Shown here: positions 54,341 to 63,793 of the stretch, in pieces
Numbering within the stretch: position 1 is the stretch's first letter
Layout: each line of letters opens with the position of its first letter
Source: Candidatus Magasanikbacteria bacterium RIFOXYC2_FULL_42_28
GTDB lineage: Bacteria > Patescibacteriota > Patescibacteriia > Magasanikbacterales > GWA2-37-8
DNA: 64,000 nt
Assembly: GCA_001784435.1 (NCBI GenBank)
Contig: MFQZ01000010.1
Location: forward strand, 18,917 to 82,916
Reading direction: 5' to 3'
Notes under the pieces: model-generated
Told to the model about the DNA's origin: nothing
What the model saw: the letters and a program-made list of their open reading frames with translations, nothing else
Database searches by the model: none
Made by a program: the position numbers and the translations under genes

Positions 54341-55126
54341 ATGTCCAAGATAATTTCTATTGTTAACCAAAAAGGCGGGGTGGGGAAGACCACCACGGCA
54401 GTAAACTTAGCGGCGGCACTGTCCGAGGCCGGTAAATTTGTGCTGTTAATTGATTTAGACCCACAGGGCAATGCCACTTCAGGCTTGGGGATAAAACCGG
54501 ACGAATTGCAACATGGTTTGTACAATGTTTTGATGGGTCAGGCGCGCGGGCATGATGTGGTGTTAAATACCGCTCATGCGGGTTTGCGTGTGATGCCGGC
54601 GACCGCGGATTTGGCCGGAGCGAATGTGGAGTTGGTAAGTATGGAAGGGCGCGAAAGTAAATTGTCCGATATTGTTTCCGAACTGCGCCATGCCTATGAT
54701 TATATCGTTATCGATTGCCCGCCGTCACTCGGAATTTTAACTTTGAATGGCCTCGTCGCGGCTGAACATATTTTAATTCCGGTGCAGGCTGAATATTACG
54801 CGCTTGAAGGTTTGGGACAATTATTAAAAACGATTGAATTAGTCAAAGGACAAATTAAACCGAATTTAGAAATTTTGGGCGCGGTGATTACGATGTTTGA
54901 TGGGCGCAACCGTTTGTCCGGCGAAATTTTACAAGAATTATATAAATTTTTTCCTGATAAAATTTTCCGCAGTGTCATTCCACGCACCGTGCGTTTGGCA
55001 GAAGCGCCGAGTTTTGGAAAAAGTGTAATTCATTATGAGCCGAACGGCAAGGCAGCGAAAGCGTATGGGAGGCTAGCCAAAGAATTGTTAAGTTTTTTTG
55101 GAGAAAAAAATATTGAAATTGAATAA
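54341..55126 (+). CDS. parA: ParA/Soj chromosome partitioning ATPase (likely leaderless mRNA)
   Basis: MSKIISIVNQKGGVGKTTTAVNLAAAL deviant Walker A. TATAAT at 54329-54334 places the transcription start at about the ATG (54341). The ORF-track extension overlaps the tRNA. Confidence 0.9.
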   Translation: MSKIISIVNQKGGVGKTTTAVNLAAALSEAGKFVLLIDLDPQGNATSGLGIKPDELQHGLYNVLMGQARGHDVVLNTAHAGLRVMPATADLAGANVELVSMEGRESKLSDIVSELRHAYDYIVIDCPPSLGILTLNGLVAAEHILIPVQAEYYALEGLGQLLKTIELVKGQIKPNLEILGAVITMFDGRNRLSGEILQELYKFFPDKIFRSVIPRTVRLAEAPSFGKSVIHYEPNGKAAKAYGRLAKELLSFFGEKNIEIE

Positions 55127-55134
55127 TTTTTTAT

Positions 55135-55986
55135 ATGGCCTTAGGTAGAGGACTAAGCGCGTTAATTTCGCCCCATGGCAAAAGCGCGTCCATAACCAGT
55201 AAAACTGAAGCGGGCTCTGACCCAAAAATTTGGCATATTCCGGTTAATAATATTTTGCCCAATCCGGGCCAACCGCGCCGGCATTTCGCGCCCGAAGAAT
55301 TACAAGAGTTGTCCGCGTCCATTAAAGAATATGGCGTGCTACAGCCGATTTTGGTGACGGAAAGAACCGATGGTGGCTACGAACTGGTAGCGGGTGAGCG
55401 GCGTTTGCGCGCCACTAAACTAACCGGCTTGCCGACGATTCCAGCGATAATTAAAAAATTGGCGGATCAGGCCAAATTGGAGATTGCGCTCGTTGAAAAT
55501 ATTCAGCGCGAAAATTTGAATCCGTTGGAAGAAGCATTCGCGTATCAACGTTTGTGTGAAGAATTTAATTTAACCCAGCAAGCCGTGGCTGATAAAGTCG
55601 GCAAAAGCCGGCCGTATGTCGCTAACGCCATTCGGCTGTTGGATTTGCCGGAAGTGGCCAAAAAAGCGTTGTCCGAAGGTAAAATCAGTTATAGCCAAGG
55701 GCGGACGCTTTTGACTTTGCCGGAAGTGGCGCAACAATTAGATTTGCTCGCGTCAATGTTAGGTCAAAAAATTACGGTGCGCGAGTTGGAACGAACCGTC
55801 GCTCAAAAAACCGCCGGTAAATTTTCTCGGCGCGATCCGAATTTGATGTTTTTGGAAGATAAATTACGGAGCGCGCTTGGCGCCAAGGTGGCGATTACCA
55901 AAAAAGGCAACAGTGGCACAGTCGTGATTACTTATCACTCGGACGAAGAATTGAAAAATATTGTTAAGCAGATTGGTGGGGAATGA
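55135..55986 (+). CDS. parB: ParB/Spo0J partitioning protein
   Basis: LQPILVTERTDGGYELVAGERRLRATKLTGLPTIPAIIKK ParB box, plus HTH. Confidence 0.9.
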   Translation: MALGRGLSALISPHGKSASITSKTEAGSDPKIWHIPVNNILPNPGQPRRHFAPEELQELSASIKEYGVLQPILVTERTDGGYELVAGERRLRATKLTGLPTIPAIIKKLADQAKLEIALVENIQRENLNPLEEAFAYQRLCEEFNLTQQAVADKVGKSRPYVANAIRLLDLPEVAKKALSEGKISYSQGRTLLTLPEVAQQLDLLASMLGQKITVRELERTVAQKTAGKFSRRDPNLMFLEDKLRSALGAKVAITKKGNSGTVVITYHSDEELKNIVKQIGGE

Positions 55987-56031
55987 TAAAAAATCAAAAC
56001 AAAAACGCTCCGTTGGAATGGGAGCGTTTTT

Positions 56032-57537
56032 TTAATTTATATCTTTTGGTTTGAGAAAACTTTTTAGCCAGGAACCTTGCGCTGTACTTAATGATGATTT
56101 AATGCGCGTTTTGGCCAAGTGGGTTTTGACAAATTTTAACCAATCCGGTGACGGGCCTTTGCGGTTTTTATCCGTGACTATTTCCACGACATCGCCCGAG
56201 CGCAGAGGGGTGTCCAAACTGACCATTTGATCATTTACCTTGGCACCGTTGCATTTATTACCCACTTCCGAGTGAATGCTGTAAGCAAAATCTACCGGCG
56301 TGGCGTCTTCGGGTAAATCGATAACATCGCCTTTGGGCGTAAAGGCAAAAATGCGATTTTTGAAAAAATCCACCTTCATTTCTTCCAGGTCTTTGATATT
56401 AGTCAAAATTTCTTTTTGGAGTCGGGCTAATTCTTCGGCCCAGCGCAGATCTTTGGCCGGCAGGCGCGCGCCTTTTTCATCGTAGTGCCAATGCGCCGCG
56501 ATACCGTATTCGGATTCTTCATGCATTGCTTTGGTGCGGATTTGAAATTCTACCACCTTACCATCGTCCGTAAAGACAGTGGTGTGGAGCGAGCGGTAAC
56601 CGTTTGGTTTGGGCTGGGCGATGTAATCTTTTATTCGGCCTTTTAGGGGCGACCAATTGTGGTGGATTACTCCAAGCGCGGCGTAACAGTCCGCTAAATT
56701 TTCTACAATAATACGTAAAGCCACGACATCGTGAATGCCGGTTACTTCCCAATTTTTACGTTGTAATTTTTGGTATAAACTGTAGAGTTGTTTTTCGCGG
56801 CCGTGAACATCCACCCATTTTATATTGGATTCATTTAATTTTTCTTTAGTGATTTTAATTGTTTGATTGAGGTAGGTATTTTTTTCGGTGATGGCTTTAT
56901 CGCGAATTTCTTTTACTTCACGATATTCTTTGGGGTGCAGGTAGGGGAACGACAAATCTTCCAGTAGTCCTTTAAATTCGCCAATGCCCAAACGGTTGGC
57001 AATGGGCGCGTAAATTTCCAAACTTTCCGAGGCAACCCGTTGGCGTTTTTTTTCGGGCAGGCCATCGAGTGTGGAAAGATTGTGAATGCGGTCGGCAAAT
57101 TTAATAAGCATCACCCGAATATCTTCGGCCATGGCCATAAACATTTTGCGCAGATTTTCGATGTAGCGTTCTACCCCGCGATATTTTAATTTTCCTAATT
57201 TGGTAATTCCCCGAATCATGTTGCTAATGTCGGCGCCGAATTCTTTTTCAATATCTTCCAAAGTGCGCTCGGTGTCTTCGGGCACATCGTGTAAAAGCGC
57301 GGCGGCCACTATTTGGGGATCAATTTCCATTTGCGCTAAAATATGAGCGGCCGCGAGTGGGTGTTGGATATAGGGCACGCCGGTTTTGCGCATCTGGCCG
57401 GCGTGGGCCGAGTCGGCAAAAGCATACGCTCGCCGTACCAAATCAATTTGGGTTTTATTACAATAAGACAACAATATTTTGATTAAGTCGTCTATTTTTA
57501 GGATCCCGGTTGGGACAATAACGTTTTTGGTAATCAT
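56032..57537 (-). CDS. rel: bifunctional (p)ppGpp synthetase/hydrolase Rel (HD and synthetase domains plus TGS; no C-terminal ACT domain)
   Basis: HD motif LHDVPEDT, RelA/SpoT synthetase block YRSLHTTV, and the TGS region. Start MITKNVIV (ATG at 57535-57537); the track's start at 57594 is further upstream. Confidence 0.85.
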   Translation of the reverse strand: MITKNVIVPTGILKIDDLIKILLSYCNKTQIDLVRRAYAFADSAHAGQMRKTGVPYIQHPLAAAHILAQMEIDPQIVAAALLHDVPEDTERTLEDIEKEFGADISNMIRGITKLGKLKYRGVERYIENLRKMFMAMAEDIRVMLIKFADRIHNLSTLDGLPEKKRQRVASESLEIYAPIANRLGIGEFKGLLEDLSFPYLHPKEYREVKEIRDKAITEKNTYLNQTIKITKEKLNESNIKWVDVHGREKQLYSLYQKLQRKNWEVTGIHDVVALRIIVENLADCYAALGVIHHNWSPLKGRIKDYIAQPKPNGYRSLHTTVFTDDGKVVEFQIRTKAMHEESEYGIAAHWHYDEKGARLPAKDLRWAEELARLQKEILTNIKDLEEMKVDFFKNRIFAFTPKGDVIDLPEDATPVDFAYSIHSEVGNKCNGAKVNDQMVSLDTPLRSGDVVEIVTDKNRKGPSPDWLKFVKTHLAKTRIKSSLSTAQGSWLKSFLKPKDIN

Positions 57538-57578
57538 AAGGGAGTTTGTTCGTTTAATCGTATCATTTTTTTGGCATC

Positions 57579-57607
57579 TTGACAAATGCCTCAAAATGTG
57601 CTATAAT
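57579..57607 (+). promoter_or_regulatory. consensus promoter TTGACA-17-TATAAT facing away from rel, sharing a palindromic CTTGACAAG -35 with the rel promoter (TTGTCA-17-TACGAT on the minus strand)
   Basis: cttgacaaatgcctcaaaatgtgctataat. Downstream there are only about 60 nt before a strong terminator and no ORF. Confidence 0.5.
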
Positions 57608-57664
57608 ACCTATTGTGATGTTAAGGTTAATACTTTTTTGATATTTGTGTTTGCCATTCACATT

Positions 57665-57693
57665 AAAAAACCGACCTTTGGGCCGGTTTTTGA
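57665..57693. terminator. bidirectional intrinsic terminator (topA 3-prime end / end of the short plus-strand transcript)
   Basis: aaaaaaccgacctttgggccggtttttg. Confidence 0.7.
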
Positions 57694-57703
57694 ATTGTTT
57701 TAT

Positions 57704-59851
57704 TTATTCGGCATCAGAAGCTTTTTTCTTTTTACCCCAACCGCCCTTGCGGGGCGCGCGCGCGACATAAGTCGGGCATTCTTTATTTTCGCATTTTATT
57801 TTACCGGCTGGAGTAACCGATAATAATCCTTGGCAGGACGGACACTTATCGCCATTCGGTTTATTCCAGAGCGCGAATTTACAATCCGGATATTTGTTGC
57901 AAGAATAAAAGATTTTGCCGAATCTACTGCGCCGTTCCAGCATTTCACCATCCGCGCATTTGGGGCAGTGAATATCAATTTTAATTTCCGGCACTTTTAC
58001 TTTTAAAATATATTTACAATCCGGATACCCCGAGCAAGCGGTGAACGCGCCAAATCGTCCCATCCGGCGTACCAGTGGTTTGGCGCATTCTGGGCAGGGC
58101 TCGCCGGTAGGCACCGCGCCGATATCGCTTTTCTTTAATTCTTCGTCTTTAATTGTTAAGTTGGCTTTAAATGGTCCGTAAAAATCCGCGATGAGCGGTT
58201 GCCATTCTTTTTTCCCATGCGCCACTTCATCAAATTCATTTTCCATTTTGGCGGTAAATTCCAAATCCACAATGTTCGGGAAATGTTTGACAAGTAAGTC
58301 ATTTACTAAAAACGCAATTTCTTTGGGCGCTAATTTTTTATTCGGATCACGCTCAACATAACCGCGATCTTCAATCGTCGCGATGGTAGGCGCGAAAGTG
58401 GACGGTCGGCCGATGCCGTGCAATTCCAAAACTTTAACCAAAGTCGCGTCCGAATAACGCGCCGGTGGTTCGGTAAAATGTTGTTCGGGTTTTAATTCGT
58501 CCAAATTTACCACTTCTTTTTCTTCCAGTCGTGGCAAAATATTTTCTTTGGTTCGTTCCGGGTATAATTTCAAAAAGCCGTCAAAATCAATCGTTGTGCC
58601 GGTAGCGTGGAAAGTGTATTTATTATTAGAAACAACATCCACGGCCAAGTTGGATAAAATCGCGTTTTGCATTTGGGTCGCGACTGCTCGGCGCCAAATT
58701 AAATCATACAGGCGATATTGATTATTATCTAAAAAGTTTTTGACAATTTCCGGCGTGCGGGCCACATCGGTTGGGCGAATTGCTTCGTGGGCTTCTTGCG
58801 CGTTTTTACTGCGATTGGTGTAGAAGCGGGGTTTTTCCATTTGATATTTCGCGCCGTAATCCGCGCCGATTAAAGCGTGCGCTTCAGTTAAAAATTTCTC
58901 AGCTAAATTGACCGAGTCAGTACGCATGTAAGTAATCAAACCGACTGAACCCTCGGAACCCAATTCCACACCTTCGTATAATTGTTGCGCCAAGCGCATC
59001 GTTTGCTTAGCGGAAAATCCCAAACGGCCATTGGCATCTTGTTGCAAAGTGGAAGTGGTAAACGGAGGAGCGGGCGCGCGTTTGGATTTCTTGGTTTCAA
59101 CAGAAGCCACTTGATAAGTCGCGCCTTTCAAATCAGTAACAATTTCTTGCGCGCGCTTTTCGCCGGTGATACTCATTTTTTCTAATTTTTCATCTGGCAA
59201 AGATAAAAGTTTGGCGTTAAAAGCCTCTTTTTTGTCATTGGAAAAAATCGCTTCAATGGACCAGTATTCTTCCGATTTGAAAGCCAGAATTTCGCGTTCG
59301 CGCTCAACAATCAAACGGACAGCCACGGACTGCACGCGTCCGGCCGACAATCCTTTGGTCACTTTGCGCCACAAAAACGGCGACAATTCATAGCCCACTA
59401 ATCGGTCCAAAATTCGGCGCGCCTGTTGCGCGTTCACGAGCGGCATATTGAGCGGTTGGGGGTGTTTTAGTGCTTCTTCAATCGCGGTTTTAGTAATTTC
59501 GTGAAATACGATGCGTTCAGCGTCAGTCGGTTCCACTCCTAAAATATTAGCCAAGTGCCAAGAGATGGCCTCGCCTTCGCGGTCCGAATCAGTCGCGAAT
59601 AAAATTTTATTGCATTTTTTGGCCGCGTCTTTTAATTCTTTGGCCACTTTTGATTTTAATCGGCTGACGACATAGCGCGGTTCAAAATTGTGTTCAATAT
59701 CCACGCCCATCTCATTTTTTGGCAAATCACGCACATGCCCGAATGAAGATTTAATGACAAAACCATCGCCCAAGAATTTGGTGATGGTTTTGGCTTTAGT
59801 GGGTGATTCCACGATAACGAGCGTGGTTCCGGTCTTTTTTGCTTTGGTCAT
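57704..59851 (-). CDS. topA: DNA topoisomerase I with C-terminal C4 zinc ribbons
   Basis: TOPRIM N-terminus LVIVESPTKAKTI, active-site region, and three or more CxxC...CxxC zinc fingers at the C-terminus. Confidence 0.95.
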   Translation of the reverse strand: MTKAKKTGTTLVIVESPTKAKTITKFLGDGFVIKSSFGHVRDLPKNEMGVDIEHNFEPRYVVSRLKSKVAKELKDAAKKCNKILFATDSDREGEAISWHLANILGVEPTDAERIVFHEITKTAIEEALKHPQPLNMPLVNAQQARRILDRLVGYELSPFLWRKVTKGLSAGRVQSVAVRLIVEREREILAFKSEEYWSIEAIFSNDKKEAFNAKLLSLPDEKLEKMSITGEKRAQEIVTDLKGATYQVASVETKKSKRAPAPPFTTSTLQQDANGRLGFSAKQTMRLAQQLYEGVELGSEGSVGLITYMRTDSVNLAEKFLTEAHALIGADYGAKYQMEKPRFYTNRSKNAQEAHEAIRPTDVARTPEIVKNFLDNNQYRLYDLIWRRAVATQMQNAILSNLAVDVVSNNKYTFHATGTTIDFDGFLKLYPERTKENILPRLEEKEVVNLDELKPEQHFTEPPARYSDATLVKVLELHGIGRPSTFAPTIATIEDRGYVERDPNKKLAPKEIAFLVNDLLVKHFPNIVDLEFTAKMENEFDEVAHGKKEWQPLIADFYGPFKANLTIKDEELKKSDIGAVPTGEPCPECAKPLVRRMGRFGAFTACSGYPDCKYILKVKVPEIKIDIHCPKCADGEMLERRSRFGKIFYSCNKYPDCKFALWNKPNGDKCPSCQGLLSVTPAGKIKCENKECPTYVARAPRKGGWGKKKKASDAE

Positions 59852-59904
59852 GGTTTTCTTCTATATATGTAATTAGCCCATAATACCCCAATTTGGGCAT
59901 TTTG

Positions 59905-61323
59905 TCAATTTTGGGCGGAAATTGGTCGCAATTGTCCGCTAAAGTAGATACTGCCGGTGACTAGCAAAATGTCGCCTGTGTTGAGGGTTTTGTGGATGGT
60001 TTTGTAGGCCTGGATGGGGTTTGGAGATGTTTTGATTTTGGTTTTTGGACAGTCAATTTTGAATAGTTTTGTAAGTTCATTTGGGCTGATTGCCGGTCGC
60101 GCGCCTGGGGCGGTCGTTTGGGAGCAGGTGATGGATATTGGTTTTAGAGTTGATAATTGTTTGACCATTTGTTTGATATTTTTGTCAGCGGAAAAGCCTA
60201 CTAATAGATGCAATGGTCTGTTTTGGCGAAGTTGTTTTAAAGTCGCGACCGTGGTTTTCATTTTATCCGGATTATGCGCGCCGTCTAGAATTATTAACGG
60301 ATTTTTGTGGACAATTTCAAAACGCAGTGGTTGTTTGGCATTTGCCAATCCTTTTTTAATCGCGCTGTCTTTTATTTTTAACGCACGTGCAATTTTAATA
60401 CATAAAATTGCATTGATTATTTGATGTTCGCCCGGGGCGGTTAAAGTGTAGGTTTGATTTTTGTATTTAAAGGTGGTGCTGTATTCGTCAACACCATTTG
60501 TCATCCCGAGCGAGGCTCGCGCCGACGAGGGATCTCCATTAGCGACCGATTGGGATGGAGATTCCTCACATTCGTTCGGAATGACAGGTGAGTGTCGTAA
60601 AATTTGGTAACGCGGTTTATTTATCGTAAATAATTTTGTATTGGTTAGTTTACATTCTTTTTTAATTATTTTTAAGATTTTCGGATCGGTTTCGGCCGTG
60701 AATACTTTGCATCCGGTTTTAATAATGCCAGATTTTTCATAAGCGATTTCTGATTTGTTGTTGCCGATAATTCCAACATGATCCAGTCCGATATTTGTAA
60801 TGACCGCGATATCTTTGTGGGGAATAATATTGCTGGAATCATACCGTCCACCCGCGCCGACCTCGGTTACTAGCCACTCCACTTTTTTATCAGCAAAATA
60901 TTTTAATCCCAGCGCTTCGGTAAATTCAAATAATGATAAATTATCGTAGGGTGTTTTTTTAGTGTAGATTTTATATTTATTTTTTAACCAATTTACCAAA
61001 AACGCAAATTCAGCACGCGAAATTTCGCGGTTGTTAATTTTCCAACGCTCGGTAATGTAGGTCGGGTGTGGGGAAGTGGATAGGCCAACGCGTTTACCCG
61101 AAGCAACTAAAATTGATTGTAAATAAGTCGCGACCGAGCCCTTGCCACTTGTGCCAGTGATATGAATATAATGGGGGATTTTACGTTCGGGATTGCCGAT
61201 TAAATCCAAAAAAAATTGCAGACGTTTTAAATACCAGTCGCAATGATTAGAGTCGGTCAAATATTCTTTGCGTGGGAGTTTGGCAAAATCCAGTAAGAAT
61301 TGTTCGGCTTCTTTGAAGTTCAT
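59905..61323 (-). CDS. folC: folylpolyglutamate synthase / dihydrofolate synthase (Mur ligase family), carrying an in-frame roughly 30-aa repeat-derived insertion
   Basis: ITGTSGKGSVATYL P-loop, VGLSTSPH, EVGAGGRYDSSNII. Insertion RHSPVIPNECEESPSQSVANGDPSSARASLGMTNG is encoded by hairpin repeats. Confidence 0.8.
   Translation of the reverse strand: MNFKEAEQFLLDFAKLPRKEYLTDSNHCDWYLKRLQFFLDLIGNPERKIPHYIHITGTSGKGSVATYLQSILVASGKRVGLSTSPHPTYITERWKINNREISRAEFAFLVNWLKNKYKIYTKKTPYDNLSLFEFTEALGLKYFADKKVEWLVTEVGAGGRYDSSNIIPHKDIAVITNIGLDHVGIIGNNKSEIAYEKSGIIKTGCKVFTAETDPKILKIIKKECKLTNTKLFTINKPRYQILRHSPVIPNECEESPSQSVANGDPSSARASLGMTNGVDEYSTTFKYKNQTYTLTAPGEHQIINAILCIKIARALKIKDSAIKKGLANAKQPLRFEIVHKNPLIILDGAHNPDKMKTTVATLKQLRQNRPLHLLVGFSADKNIKQMVKQLSTLKPISITCSQTTAPGARPAISPNELTKLFKIDCPKTKIKTSPNPIQAYKTIHKTLNTGDILLVTGSIYFSGQLRPISAQN
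60499..60586. repeat. tandem inverted pair of family-H1 GC-rich hairpin repeats located inside the folC reading frame
   Basis: tgtcatcccgagcgaggctcgcgccgacgagggatctcc ... ggagattcctcacattcgttcggaatgaca. Confidence 0.7.
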
Positions 61324-61335
61324 ACCAAAATTAAA

Positions 61336-61358
61336 CCATCCCGACTTAGTCGGGATGG
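61336..61358. promoter_or_regulatory. palindrome CCATCCCGACTTAGTCGGGATGG 12 nt upstream of the folC ATG
   Basis: Same TCCCGAC-TNA-GTCGGGA core as at 4061-4079, 37526-37542 and (variant) 21047-21063. Confidence 0.6.
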
Positions 61359-61365
61359 ATTTTTT

Positions 61366-62025
61366 CTATTGTTTTTTTGTGGCTATTTCCGGCAGTTCCA
61401 ACGCCCATTTTTTTGTAGCCAATTCCAGTAATTTTTTACCGGCTAAATAGGTGAGCATGATGCCAATAGCCATTAAGCCGCGTTCTTTCCAGACCACTGG
61501 AATAAGTCCAATCCAGGCCACGGCCGGCAATTTTATAATGTAGGCAAATAGCACTCCACCGACAGCATGGGCGGTAAAAGTGGCGCCGAGCGCGCGGGCG
61601 ATGACAAATTTATCATGCCAAAAATAGGCGACCATTGGAATAAGCCAATACAAAGCGTAATACCAGGCCTCTCGTCCTTCTGGCGTTGCCCAAAATCCGA
61701 TCATTGCCACGGCTGGCACAAGTAAAATCGCACGGCTTTTTTTGGCAAAATATAGGGTGGCGAAAAGCATCGGGAACAGGCGGATGAGTGTGCCGGCGCT
61801 CGCGTCAAAGCCGTGTATGGCCCAGTTGACGAGTTGCATCACAAGCACGACGAGCACGCCCCAGATTGAACCCAAAAACGCGCCCATCACCGGCCCGTAA
61901 AAATCAAATAAAGTGAATTTTAAATTAACACCGACCATTTTGGTGAATGGTATTTGCATGATGATAAGGCCGAGGGCGATTAGGATGGCGAGGAGGAGAT
62001 TGTGTTTGATGTTTTTGGTGAACAT
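61366..62025 (-). CDS. small polytopic membrane protein, possible substrate-capture (ECF S-component-like) protein
   Basis: 219 aa, six predicted TM helices. Co-directional and adjacent to folC. The function is an inference from size and context only. Confidence 0.35.
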   Translation of the reverse strand: MFTKNIKHNLLLAILIALGLIIMQIPFTKMVGVNLKFTLFDFYGPVMGAFLGSIWGVLVVLVMQLVNWAIHGFDASAGTLIRLFPMLFATLYFAKKSRAILLVPAVAMIGFWATPEGREAWYYALYWLIPMVAYFWHDKFVIARALGATFTAHAVGGVLFAYIIKLPAVAWIGLIPVVWKERGLMAIGIMLTYLAGKKLLELATKKWALELPEIATKKQ

Positions 62026-62129
62026 AAAAAATAGATATTAAAATATTAAGATATTGGATATTGGACGATTTTTTACAACATAATTTTGTATTATATCTAT
62101 CGTTAATTTATCACAGTCGGCATTTTTGG

Positions 62130-63224
62130 TCAAATCCTCCCATAATTCGCTCCATCCATTTTTCTGATTACGCTTTTTAATTCTAACATCGTCAATAGTC
62201 CGTTGACTTCGTGGCTCGGCAGTCCGGCAGTTTGGATAATGGTATCAATATTTTTGGATTCGGTTTCTAACAAATTATAAATAATTTTTTCTTTGTCAGT
62301 CAGGAGTGGTAGAGCGGTTTGGGTAACTTCCGCTTCGGCGCTGGCGATGTTTAGCGTTTCTAAAATGTCATTGGCGCTTGCGGTTAAGTGCGCACCTAAT
62401 TTTATCATTTCGTTTCCGCCGGCGCCCTGTTCGGAATTGTAGAGGTGAGGCACGGCAAAAACTTCGCGGTTGTAATCAAGCGCCAGTCGCGCGGTAATTA
62501 AAGCGCCGGATTGGATGGGTGCTTCGACCACGAGTGTGCCGAGGGTTAGTCCGGCGATAATGCGATTGCGCATCGGGAAATTGGCTTTGGAAATAAACGC
62601 GTCCGGCGAATATTCCGAAAGCACGGCGCCCCCTTCGGCAATAATTTTTTCCGCGAGATATTTGTGGGTGGGCGGGGACACCATTTCGGTCGCGCAACAA
62701 GTGCCCAAAACGGCGATGGTAGTTCCTTTGACATCTAATGTGGCTTGGTGCGCCACGCCGTCAATGCCGAGCGCCAGGCCACTGACAATAACCACACCTT
62801 GCGTGGCCAATGCTTTCGTGAGTTCGCGCGCCGCTAATTCGCCGTAGGGGGTAGAGTGGCGTGTGCCGACGACAGCGACGGCTGGCCGTTCCCAATCGGG
62901 CAGAGTGCCACGATAAAACAGAGCGAGTGGGGCATCGGGAATTTGCCATAACAGCGGGGGATAGCCCGGGTCGGTAAGCGCGAGCGCGGAGAGGCCGTTT
63001 TTTTCCAGGGCGGTAATAATTTTATCAATGGAATTTTGTTCGCGCCAATTTAAATAATCAACAATGATTTGTTCTTCCCAACCCACCCGTTTTAAATCCG
63101 TCAATTCCCATTTTTGCCAATCCTCCAAATTCAAAAAGCCGCCTTTTAATTTGTTAAAGCGGCCACGGGAAAGTTTGGGGAAGTGGACGAGGTAGATGAG
63201 AGGGTTCATTGCGATAATTTTCAA
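62130..63224 (-). CDS. dprA: DNA processing protein DprA/Smf
   Basis: Rossmann-like block AVVGTRHSTPYGELAARELTKALATQGVVIVSGLALGIDGVAHQATL. Confidence 0.85.
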   Translation of the reverse strand: MKIIAMNPLIYLVHFPKLSRGRFNKLKGGFLNLEDWQKWELTDLKRVGWEEQIIVDYLNWREQNSIDKIITALEKNGLSALALTDPGYPPLLWQIPDAPLALFYRGTLPDWERPAVAVVGTRHSTPYGELAARELTKALATQGVVIVSGLALGIDGVAHQATLDVKGTTIAVLGTCCATEMVSPPTHKYLAEKIIAEGGAVLSEYSPDAFISKANFPMRNRIIAGLTLGTLVVEAPIQSGALITARLALDYNREVFAVPHLYNSEQGAGGNEMIKLGAHLTASANDILETLNIASAEAEVTQTALPLLTDKEKIIYNLLETESKNIDTIIQTAGLPSHEVNGLLTMLELKSVIRKMDGANYGRI

Positions 63225-63241
63225 TTATCAATTTACAATTT

Positions 63242-63781
63242 TCAATTTAAAAGCGTGACAATTTTTTCAACGGCCGCTGCAATCATTTTTTCAACTATTG
63301 GTTTTTCTTCTTTGGTAAATTTTGCCAGTACAAAATCGGCCGTATCCATTTTTCCTAACATTTCTCCGGCTACGCCAATTCGTACGCGCGTAAAATTTTT
63401 GGTACCGAGTTTTTCAATGATTGAAATCACGCCATTATGCCCGGCCGGGCCACGATCGGCTTGAACGCGTATCGTGCCTAATGGCAAATCTTTGTCGTCG
63501 TGGATGACAATTAAATCAGTCGCCAGATTAAGTTTATGTTTATTAACAATATATTGAACGGTCACACCCGATTCGTTCATAAATGTTTGCGGTTTTACCA
63601 ATTCAATTTTTTCTTTGCCAACTAATTCGCTAATATACAAAGCACTGGCCTTGGAACTTTCCGACCATTTTTCGTCTAAGTTTAATGCCTTAACTAATTT
63701 GTCTAATACCAACCACCCGACATTATGGCGGGTATTTTCGTATTTTTTACCGGGATTGCCCAGGCCGACGATAAGTTTCAT
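63242..63781 (-). CDS. pth: peptidyl-tRNA hydrolase
   Basis: MKLIVGLGNPGKKYENTRHNVGW ... HNG active-site His. Confidence 0.95.
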   Translation of the reverse strand: MKLIVGLGNPGKKYENTRHNVGWLVLDKLVKALNLDEKWSESSKASALYISELVGKEKIELVKPQTFMNESGVTVQYIVNKHKLNLATDLIVIHDDKDLPLGTIRVQADRGPAGHNGVISIIEKLGTKNFTRVRIGVAGEMLGKMDTADFVLAKFTKEEKPIVEKMIAAAVEKIVTLLN

Positions 63782-63793
63782 AAAATTTATTTT

